From Patescibacteria group bacterium (GTDB taxonomy: Bacteria > Patescibacteriota > CPR2 > UBA1875): DNA of 64,000 nucleotides. The position numbers were made by a program, and so were the translations under genes. The notes below the pieces were generated by a model that was given only the letters and a program-made list of their open reading frames with translations, did not search any database and was not told where the DNA came from. Shown here piece after piece: positions 56,985 through 64,000 of the stretch. Numbering within the stretch: the first letter of the stretch is position 1; each line of letters starts with the position of its first letter. The DNA lies in NCBI GenBank assembly GCA_041737595.1, contig JBGSRK010000010.1, positions 46,393 through 110,392 of the forward strand. Reading direction: 5' to 3'.

Positions 56985-57161
56985 TTAATGAACTCTTAAA
57001 GATTCAAGCCTATGAATTTCCTGTTGAAGACGACGTGCTATACCCATTCGACGTCTTTCTTCTTGAGCAATTAAACGATCTACTCGCGCTTCTTCTCTCT
57101 CAAGATTCGCGATTTTGTCGTGTTCTCTTGCTTCTTCCCTAAAGCGAGTATTTATATCCAT
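56985..57161 (-). CDS. small highly charged helical protein (58 aa), not in the ORF track
   Basis: Manual translation gives MDINTRFREEAREHDKIANLEREEARVDRLIAQEERRRMGIARRLQQEIHRLESLRVH, with a strong GGAGGAGGAG RBS 6 nt upstream of the ATG. Confidence 0.35.
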   Translation of the reverse strand: MDINTRFREEAREHDKIANLEREEARVDRLIAQEERRRMGIARRLQQEIHRLESLRVH

Positions 57162-57341
57162 GATACTCTCCTCCTCCGCTTTCGCGGGTTACCCAACTAT
57201 CTTTAATAATTATGAGTTATTTTTTATTTAAAAACTACGTTAATAAAGCCAAAAAATAGTTTTATTTATTATATAGAATGTTTTTAGATATAATAAAAAT
57301 AATCAATTTATTTTCTACTGATTATTTAAATAATATTATAT

Positions 57342-57923
57342 TTAAATATTAAGTTCAGCTTCTAGTTTTTTAAGAGCAATACGTCGCATTGAGGTTTCTT
57401 TTTGCTCCTCTGGTATCATCTCCCCCCAGGTCTTATCATAGCCCTTTGGAATAAATATTGGGTCCCAACCAAAACCATGTTCTCCCCTTGGTTTTTTTGC
57501 AATCGACCCCACTGAACTTCCAAAAAAAGTCCGTAGTTTCGTCCCGTCATAAAGCCCAAACAGCACTTCTGCTCGAGCCGATCTGTCTTCATAGCCATCA
57601 AGAAGTCGAGCCAGACCTTCGTTATCTAATTCTGTAAGAAACCACTTGATGAGCGGTCCTGGTAATTTGCCTAAGGCTGTAAATACAAGAGAGGTATCTT
57701 CAATTAGAACTGGAGTACCTACTATTTTAAAAGCCTCTTTTGCTTTATGCTTCACGATTTCATTGAGATCAAGTGATTGAATTTCGACTAAATCCACTTT
57801 TTGATGTGTTACTGGAAAATTTAAATGTCGTCCTAACTGTTCAGCCTTGGCTGCATTTCCTGTAATAAAAGTAAGTTTGTTGAATTTGATCATATGGAAA
57901 TTATATAAAAAATATCTAACCAT
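57342..57923 (-). CDS. second Ham1/RdgB-family non-canonical purine NTP pyrophosphatase (paralog)
   Basis: FITGNAAKAEQ…, GFGWDPIFIPKGYDKTWGEMIPEEQKETSMR. Shares LPGPLIKWF with the 39639 paralog. Higher GC. Start probably at internal MIKFNK (57893). Confidence 0.8.
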   Translation of the reverse strand: MVRYFLYNFHMIKFNKLTFITGNAAKAEQLGRHLNFPVTHQKVDLVEIQSLDLNEIVKHKAKEAFKIVGTPVLIEDTSLVFTALGKLPGPLIKWFLTELDNEGLARLLDGYEDRSARAEVLFGLYDGTKLRTFFGSSVGSIAKKPRGEHGFGWDPIFIPKGYDKTWGEMIPEEQKETSMRRIALKKLEAELNI

Positions 57924-58010
57924 TAATAGAGTGTTGCGTCATCAATATAAAAAGACCAATAAATTCGGTCTCATTAACTGTTTATTTTGACTCTGCGTAT
58001 CGATTCAGTA

Positions 58011-58421
58011 CTAAATTACCTTAGTTAGATCTCTTCCGATGAGAATAGGCTCAAAACCTTTTATCTCGTCCTGAAGTATCCCTTCTGGGATATTATTATA
58101 TAAATATATCTTTTTATTTAATCTAAAAGCATCATACATTTCAAGAAAAGTTGCTCCACCAATGTAATTTTTTACCCCATTTTTTTCAAAGTTTAGAACC
58201 AATACTGCATCTATTGCGTTTATAACATCAGTGCTATGCTTAAGCATTGTTGATTTCCATTCTGAATGTTCCTTTAACCCAAGATTCCTATATCTTTCTT
58301 CAGTCCCAGGATCATCAAAGCAATTAGGCAAAGAGATAATATGACCTGCTTTTTCCAATTCAGCCTTAATCGGCAGAACTTTACTGTAAAAATTTTTACT
58401 ACAAATTATAAATATTTTCAT
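58011..58421 (-). CDS. nucleoside 2-deoxyribosyltransferase-like protein
   Basis: 136 aa flavodoxin-like fold; the MKIFIICS… N-terminus and overall pattern resemble the NDT/YtoQ family. Weak. Confidence 0.35.
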   Translation of the reverse strand: MKIFIICSKNFYSKVLPIKAELEKAGHIISLPNCFDDPGTEERYRNLGLKEHSEWKSTMLKHSTDVINAIDAVLVLNFEKNGVKNYIGGATFLEMYDAFRLNKKIYLYNNIPEGILQDEIKGFEPILIGRDLTKVI

Positions 58422-58423
58422 TT

Positions 58424-58951
58424 TTAAACCTTGAAATATCTTTCTTTATTAACAATATTACTTAGAGCACAGATTAATGCCTGTGTTAATATTTCCTCTC
58501 GTCTAAGTAAACCCTTTGTAAAGTAATTTATAGGGTCTTTTTCTGCATCTTTGTCTAATTCCTGAATTATAAAGCCTAATTCGGTATGTTCATTAAATAT
58601 TCTGTCAATCATCCATTGAGGGACATTGTAACCCGCACCAATTGAAAAGAATTTATCGCCATCTTTTGTTAAAACACAAATTACAGGTAAATCAAACCAT
58701 TCACTTGTTTCCACTACTTGAAGAAGGCCATTTTCAATCCCAATTCCAATTTGTGATTCATTTACTTTTCTTAACGCTTCTTTAGCTCTATTTAAGGCTC
58801 CCAATGTCATTTCTTCATAACCGACAGGGGCATTTGGAACCAATGATTTTGAATTATGACCGATAACTTCACCATTTATACCAAGCAACTTAAGAGATGC
58901 GCTCACAGCCCTTAGTTTTAATTTACTTTCTGTCCCTACTGCAATTTTCAT
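58424..58951 (-). CDS. inosine/xanthosine triphosphatase (YjjX / NTPase_I-T family)
   Basis: 175 aa. MKIAVGTESKLKL N-terminus and conserved …LTQALICALSNIVN C-terminal helix as in E. coli YjjX. Confidence 0.6.
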   Translation of the reverse strand: MKIAVGTESKLKLRAVSASLKLLGINGEVIGHNSKSLVPNAPVGYEEMTLGALNRAKEALRKVNESQIGIGIENGLLQVVETSEWFDLPVICVLTKDGDKFFSIGAGYNVPQWMIDRIFNEHTELGFIIQELDKDAEKDPINYFTKGLLRREEILTQALICALSNIVNKERYFKV

Positions 58952-59077
58952 AATAATATAATATCACAAATTAAGGCTTAAAATTACAGGTTCTATAGGA
59001 GTTAAGGGGATAAGTATCAAAGAAAAGATTTTACTAAGTCTCTTTTTATATATCTCGCTTGGTGAAAGGATTTAGAA

Positions 59078-59323
59078 CTAATCCAGAGATATATCTATCA
59101 TTCCAAACTTTTGAGATAATGGATGATTTCGGTCTTCAAGTAAGTTTGTCGTCCAGGTCCTATATCTAGAAACGAATTTCCCTTCTGAATACTCAGAAAT
59201 CCTCGAAATTCTGATACCACAATTAAACTCCATGGTTATTAGGGTATCTGGAGGACCATTTTTATCGAGAAGGTACTCTCTTATTTCTTCAGCAGTAAGT
59301 GTTGTTATCCCCGCTTCATGCAA
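59078..59323 (-). CDS. hypothetical protein
   Basis: 81 aa ORF 13 nt after the upstream gene. No motif. Confidence 0.3.
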   Translation of the reverse strand: MHEAGITTLTAEEIREYLLDKNGPPDTLITMEFNCGIRISRISEYSEGKFVSRYRTWTTNLLEDRNHPLSQKFGMIDISLD

Positions 59324-59335
59324 TTCTGCAAGAAA

Positions 59336-60133
59336 CTAGTCTAATGTCTTTGGTTGTTTCTTTCCATGTTCCTTTAATTCAACACTATTTTCTATAACAA
59401 GCCCTTTTTCTTTTCTCTCCTCAGGTGTCATTTCTTCATAATATTTCCAGAGCGTAGGAGCATATTTTTTTAATGCAACCATTCCCTCGTTTAACATAGA
59501 ATATGCATTATGCTCGTCCATCCATCCCTGCCCTAAAATTTGTTTAATGATTTTATCCATATTTGCACCTGTTCCAACAAAATCTTCAGCAGTCCGCGCC
59601 ATTAATTCACTGGGTGACTGTGATTTTTTAATTGAATTTTCAAGTACCCGTAAGCCTTTTACTAACTTATCCTGTATCTCTTCTTTACCAGAACTTTGCA
59701 TTTGATCTATTAACATTCTTGGTAGAGAAAATCCTGGAAGTGCGTTTATCGGTGCCATAGTTTCAGTATAATTATCAGGGACTGATTGAATTTCAAATTT
59801 ACCAGCAGGTTCATCGTCCATCCTGTCAGCAGCTTTCTTAAATTCTTGATAAAGTTCTGGATTGTAATGTTCAATTTCACGGCTAATATAGCCATACCAA
59901 AAGTTAACTTCTCCATAACGATTTATCATTTTTTCAGGACCACGACCCCCCTCTTCTGTTGGAGCGATAAGTTCCTCTACCACTGGACAACCTGCTCTCT
60001 GTCCTAAAAATCTTGCTTGGTCTTCCAGCGACATTTCAAAAAATGCAGGGTCGTTTATGTCTTCGACAAATTTCCCAGTTCCAAATGTTTCTTCTGATGG
60101 TCTTGATAATTCCATAATAAAATAATACCACAC
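59336..60133 (-). CDS. hypothetical protein (higher-GC block)
   Basis: 265 aa. Start probably MELSRPSEE (60115). No recognisable motif. Confidence 0.4.
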   Translation of the reverse strand: MWYYFIMELSRPSEETFGTGKFVEDINDPAFFEMSLEDQARFLGQRAGCPVVEELIAPTEEGGRGPEKMINRYGEVNFWYGYISREIEHYNPELYQEFKKAADRMDDEPAGKFEIQSVPDNYTETMAPINALPGFSLPRMLIDQMQSSGKEEIQDKLVKGLRVLENSIKKSQSPSELMARTAEDFVGTGANMDKIIKQILGQGWMDEHNAYSMLNEGMVALKKYAPTLWKYYEEMTPEERKEKGLVIENSVELKEHGKKQPKTLD

Positions 60134-60282
60134 TTATGTTCAACAGTTCCATCATCCGATTTGGGGTATATAAAAAAAGGCTTAATAAAGCCGAATTTAT
60201 TTTGGCTCAGCACTCCGCTCAAGAACCCTAGGGCAGTTTTAAGTACGAAATGGCACAATTTGGCACAGTAATTAGACTGGAT

Positions 60283-60427
60283 GTCTCACTTTTCGACGAA
60301 TTAAGCACAAAATGAGACAAATGAGACAGTTATTAAGTGTATTTATGTCAGTGTCTCAAAATCATGTGCTTAATTAATGAGACTGAGACAAATGAGACAC
60401 TATAAAGAGAGATGTACCAGTGTCTCA
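60283..60427. promoter_or_regulatory. array of eight TGAGACA/TGTCTCA boxes (5 direct, 3 inverted) with nested inverted repeats TTAAGCACA…TGTGCTTAA
   Basis: Boxes at 60283, 60313, 60322, 60353, 60378, 60384, 60393 and 60421, arranged as two similar modules GTCTCA-N~20-TGAGAC(n)TGAGAC. Confidence 0.5.
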
Positions 60428-60435
60428 AGCAAGTA

Positions 60436-61551
60436 TTATTTGAATCTTCCCGAGATCTCTTCAACACATTTGCTAAATAGGCTACCGTTTATAGAAGGTT
60501 TACCGTCTTTATCTTTCCTGATAGCACAGCAGTGCAGTAGCGCTTGGACTGCTTGATCGTTTGAGACATCTTCGCCTTTCGAAATCTTTACTAGCGTGCG
60601 CACCTCTTCTTCTGTAAACATTTCAATAAGCCTTTGGTGATAAATGTTATAAATTAGATTCATCAGTCCAGCAGACTCGAGATTAGCTTCTATCTTCTTA
60701 GAATCAATGTCGCTTCCCGTAAATGTTTTCCGAGGGTTAAATAGTGGAGCTGATTTATCGTAGAAAGTTTTTACTAGAGTCACGGTTTCGGCTGGCCAAC
60801 CTCCAGTAAGAGCAATAATCTTATCAATTGCCGCCTCGTCAAATGTAACCCCATGTTTTGCGAAGTGCCTATCCAGAAGCTCGGATATTTCGTCAAGTTC
60901 TAGCGGCCTTACGAATACTTTCTCGATATCAGCCATTTCGGCCGAACCTAGAGCATTAAGTGTAACCGTATTTCTGTGTGTCTGACATAGGAATTTTAAA
61001 GCCTTTTTTCCTTTAAGTTTTGCTAGCAACTCTGCAATCCTTAGCGTTTCATCTTGTCCGTAGTCACGGATAGCCATTAACTCGTCGACAGTAATAAGAA
61101 GGGTTCGACCATTGGACTCTAGATATTCGTCAAGTTCTGTTAAACTTTTGAAATCTGAGTTTAATTCAGTATTTATATGATTTAACATGTATTCAAAAAC
61201 AGCATCGGCGCCCTCATTTCCCCTCTGGGCTACAGAGAAATCTCTTAAATCAATGTCGACACCGTTTTCAGCAAAGTAACGCTCTTTAACTTGTGCCTGA
61301 AGATAAGATGCGCCTTGCCTTTTCATGCTCTCTATTAGTACGAGACTTGCTCGAGAAAAAGCATCGTATATATCTTCTTGTTGATCTACTCTACTCTCAA
61401 GCTCTACCCGTCCACGCTTAGCCATTGTCTCTACACCGCCGGTCTCGAACTCGATGTCTCTGAGTAATGATTTATCCGAAATTAAATCACTATTCTGATT
61501 GGTTTTTGGGTCAGAATAATCGCCTGGTGCCCCTACCCTTATTTCATTCAT
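60436..61551 (-). CDS. hypothetical protein with archaeal-ATPase(ATPase_2)-like central region but no Walker A
   Basis: LLITVDELMAIRDYG (Walker-B-like) and LTGGWP resemble the ATPase_2 family. No GxxxxGK[ST] found. Confidence 0.35.
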   Translation of the reverse strand: MNEIRVGAPGDYSDPKTNQNSDLISDKSLLRDIEFETGGVETMAKRGRVELESRVDQQEDIYDAFSRASLVLIESMKRQGASYLQAQVKERYFAENGVDIDLRDFSVAQRGNEGADAVFEYMLNHINTELNSDFKSLTELDEYLESNGRTLLITVDELMAIRDYGQDETLRIAELLAKLKGKKALKFLCQTHRNTVTLNALGSAEMADIEKVFVRPLELDEISELLDRHFAKHGVTFDEAAIDKIIALTGGWPAETVTLVKTFYDKSAPLFNPRKTFTGSDIDSKKIEANLESAGLMNLIYNIYHQRLIEMFTEEEVRTLVKISKGEDVSNDQAVQALLHCCAIRKDKDGKPSINGSLFSKCVEEISGRFK

Positions 61552-61573
61552 ATATTTTCCTTATATACTTTCA

Positions 61574-62386
61574 CTATACATTATACCCGAAAAAGTTTGC
61601 GCTCTCATATCGGCGAAGGGCTCTCTTAAGTACAAGCTTTGATAATAACCACCAAGCAATGGCGACCAAATAGGCAATTATTATTGTGTACCAAGAAAAT
61701 TTGGTAAATATTTCCACCGGGAAGCCACCTAATAGCATGGCAGGGATTACAAAAATGTATATGTATCTCATCGTACCCTCAAGCAAACCAATTGGTTGGA
61801 TCGAAGGTGTAATAATTAAGTCAAAGAAGGCGTTGCCTAACCCTTCAATCTGTGGGAACCAAAACACAATGCATCCAGTCACAATTCCAAAGGAAACCTC
61901 AGCGAGAATCGCGGTGGGCAGGATAAGTGCTAAAAGCAGGACCTGTTGTATGCTCGGTTGCATAATAATTAAGAAAATAATTATACCGATAAATCCCTGT
62001 ATCAAGTCGCCCAGAGATGACACGGAAAATCTTTGGTTAAGTATTCTCACATAAAGACTTTTGGGCTTAGTTAATAGGCTGTCAAAGGAACCGCTGATTA
62101 CATTATCATCGAGTCCATTCATGCTCCCAAACAGAGCATGGCTTACCCCGTATGTGAAAATTGAAATACTCAAAAGCCCGAAGACCTCTTTTACACCCCA
62201 GCCATTTGTAGTTCCGATAGCCTTTATAAAGAATAACCAAATAATAAAGAAGGCAATATTGTTTAAAAACATCCCCAGTACTTGCAATCCAAAGCTCATT
62301 CTGAGCGCTCTTTGGTTTTTGAGGTTCTTGCCCAGTTGATATAAATAGAAATTCAGTTCTTTTTTGAAATTACTCATACTAACCAC
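61574..62386 (-). CDS. ABC-2 family transporter permease
   Basis: 270 aa, 6 TM helices, typical ABC-2 spacing. Overlaps the next gene by 8 nt. Confidence 0.6.
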   Translation of the reverse strand: MVSMSNFKKELNFYLYQLGKNLKNQRALRMSFGLQVLGMFLNNIAFFIIWLFFIKAIGTTNGWGVKEVFGLLSISIFTYGVSHALFGSMNGLDDNVISGSFDSLLTKPKSLYVRILNQRFSVSSLGDLIQGFIGIIIFLIIMQPSIQQVLLLALILPTAILAEVSFGIVTGCIVFWFPQIEGLGNAFFDLIITPSIQPIGLLEGTMRYIYIFVIPAMLLGGFPVEIFTKFSWYTIIIAYLVAIAWWLLSKLVLKRALRRYESANFFGYNV

Positions 62387-63182
62387 CGTTAACTGTTAAT
62401 TTAGTGCTAGCAGATATATATGCCCTGTAGACAACAAACAGCAAGACTAACGCCCAAATAATTTGGGTGATCAGGAACCTTGGGAAATTGGTTAAAAAAT
62501 CAGGATAGAAAAGCTGAGTCACATAAATAGCAGCACCCGTTGGTAGCAATTCACCTACGAGTCGGAAAGTTTGAGGGAAAAATCCAATTGGTATATATGC
62601 GCCACCAAAGATCATGATTAATTTATCTAAAATCAGATAAGCTGGCTGGGCATCTATCAGCCAAATAGCACTAATTCCGACTAATGCGTATAGCAAAGTT
62701 GCGATTAATAACCCCAGCAGTAACAACACGAAACCCGCACCAATTCTTAATGGCATTTGCCCAACCTGCGGGAACTGACCACTTAAGACCCAAAAGGCTG
62801 TGGCCGCAAGGATCAAACCAAGTACTACAGGTATACTCTTGCCAAAGACCTCGGCGATTTTTAACTGTATATAGTTTATTGGTTTGTTTATCCATATTTC
62901 GATACCACCAGTTTTAAATTCACGGTTAATAATTGGGAATAAACTTCGATAACCACTCCCGGCATAAATTGCATAAATAATCATCCCCCCGGCAGCTACC
63001 TGAAAATCAATACCGTTTACGGCGTCCCCATTTCGTAGACGATAAATAAAATAGTATAACAGAATAGTCATGCCCATTCGGATTGACCAAGACATGACGC
63101 TTACTGATGCCGCTTTTTTGTGATACCAGGCCTGACGCACATTCATGTGAAAGATGGCGATGAAATTATTCAGGTTTTTCAT
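62379..63182 (-). CDS. ABC-2 family transporter permease
   Basis: 267 aa, 6 TM helices. Overlaps the ATPase gene by 17 nt. Confidence 0.6.
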   Translation of the reverse strand: MKNLNNFIAIFHMNVRQAWYHKKAASVSVMSWSIRMGMTILLYYFIYRLRNGDAVNGIDFQVAAGGMIIYAIYAGSGYRSLFPIINREFKTGGIEIWINKPINYIQLKIAEVFGKSIPVVLGLILAATAFWVLSGQFPQVGQMPLRIGAGFVLLLLGLLIATLLYALVGISAIWLIDAQPAYLILDKLIMIFGGAYIPIGFFPQTFRLVGELLPTGAAIYVTQLFYPDFLTNFPRFLITQIIWALVLLFVVYRAYISASTKLTVNGG

Positions 63183-64000
63183 GCTTTTTCTCAGTAGACT
63201 TGTATATCTCGATAATAACTTCTTCTAGAGTTTCGTCTTGAATTTGAATGTCTTTAACCTTTCCTAGACCCAGAAGAGCCCGCAGGACATCATTAATATC
63301 ATGGTTATTCATCTCCACAACAGCATTTACCACTGACCCCTTGGTGGTTATCTTTACCCCGGGTACTATTACCTTTTGAGGAAGCTCTTCAAACTCAATC
63401 TTTAGATACCTTTTGTTAAGGTATTTGGTTCTTAACTCGTTTGTTTTTGAATCAACAATAATCTGCCCCTTATCAATAACAACCGTCCTCTCCGCAAGAG
63501 CCTCAATGTCGCCTGTATCGTGTGACGTTAGGAAAATCGTAGTGTTTTGGGTTTTATTAAGATTGATTAAGGTTTTTCGGAGCATTCTTTTAGCAACAAC
63601 ATCTAGACCTATCGTTGGTTCATCCAAGAAAACAATCGTGGGCTTATGAATTAAGCTTGCTGCTATTTCACCCCTCATTCTTTGTCCCAAGGAGAGCTGT
63701 CGGACGGGTTGGTCTATAATATTATCTAGCGAGAAAATATCTGACAATTCTCGGATTCTCTGTTCAATAACCTTACTTGGAATGTCATACATCTTACCAA
63801 ACAGTTCAAAGCTGTCTCTGAGCGGCAGGTTTGGTAGAAGTTGAGAACGCTGACCAAATACGCAACCGATTTTATAGCTGAGTTGTCTTCTCTGTTTTAT
63901 CGGATCTAATCCACAAACCTTTATTTTCCCTTCAGTTGGTGAAAGAATTCCAGAGAGCATCTTTATAGTTGTTGATTTTCCCGCTCCGTTGGGACCAACA
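63166..64000 (-). CDS. ABC transporter ATP-binding protein (5'-partial; N-terminus beyond the window end)
   Basis: LSLGQRMRGEIAA signature, Walker B IVFLDEPT, and Walker A GPNGAGKSTT encoded at 63961-64000. The reading frame continues off the window. Confidence 0.85.
   Translation of the reverse strand, partial: VGPNGAGKSTTIKMLSGILSPTEGKIKVCGLDPIKQRRQLSYKIGCVFGQRSQLLPNLPLRDSFELFGKMYDIPSKVIEQRIRELSDIFSLDNIIDQPVRQLSLGQRMRGEIAASLIHKPTIVFLDEPTIGLDVVAKRMLRKTLINLNKTQNTTIFLTSHDTGDIEALAERTVVIDKGQIIVDSKTNELRTKYLNKRYLKIEFEELPQKVIVPGVKITTKGSVVNAVVEMNNHDINDVLRALLGLGKVKDIQIQDETLEEVIIEIYKSTEKKHEKPE

Noticed and set aside
59323-59336. Possible frameshift fusing the 265-aa and 81-aa hypothetical ORFs
   Set aside because: The two ORFs are offset by 13 nt (not a multiple of 3) with a stop between them. 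Without homolog evidence they are treated as two genes.
60251-60268. Sigma-54-like promoter TGGCAC-N4-TGGCA
   Set aside because: The spacing and -24 element fit, but the -12 element is TGGCA rather than TTGCA. It points away from both flanking minus-strand genes, and no rpoN/EBP gene is seen in the window. Kept only as a note inside the TGAGACA-array finding.
1-64000. CRISPR arrays, rRNA genes, transposases/integrases
   Set aside because: No regularly spaced direct repeats with unique spacers, no rRNA-like conserved stretches, and no recombinase/transposase motifs (DDE, tyrosine or serine recombinase) were found in any long ORF.

Overview
This window is a very AT-rich (~30% GC) bacterial chromosomal segment with a compact, mostly minus-strand gene layout and clear AGGAGG-type ribosome-binding sites. 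The standard genetic code applies: TGA is not read through, and long intact ORFs up to 2222 aa are present. The style suggests a streamlined low-GC bacterium, possibly Patescibacteria/CPR-like, but that is inference only.

Content in order:
- A 3'-partial zinc-ribbon/low-complexity gene (1..935).
- A glycolytic block: ppsA, then fba-tpiA-pgk-gap.
- A tRNA-Glu locus carrying a small GIY-YIG ORF flanked by duplicated tRNA pieces.
- A giant secreted RHS/YD-repeat polymorphic toxin (2222 aa) with a GIY-YIG-like C-terminal toxin domain and a downstream putative immunity gene. This region has elevated GC.
- A 7TM-sensor histidine kinase.
- A tight cluster, ordered by coordinate as SAM-MTase / ThiF-E1-like / wHTH-GHKL regulator / membrane protein / GNAT / HExxH protein, whose three promoter regions share a conserved covarying palindromic operator. 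This is my top candidate for an undescribed co-regulated system.
- greA, an acyl-CoA ligase, a hydrolase, a CheY-like receiver and a thioredoxin.
- Seven tRNAs on the minus strand at two loci: Lys, Arg-TCT; and Pro, Gly, Arg-TCG, His. Each locus carries a conserved palindrome ~80 bp upstream.
- HU, ymdB-rny, tsaE-tsaB and two Ham1/ITPase paralogs.
- A type IV pilus cluster (pilB, pilC, pilA, three further pilin-like proteins, pilMNO).
- ruvB-ruvA-ruvC-yebC and lepA.
- A terminal higher-GC (~43%) block at 57.3-64 kb with a nucleotide-sanitation trio, an unusual array of TGAGACA boxes, and a partial ABC-2 exporter.

I found no rRNA, CRISPR array or obvious transposase.
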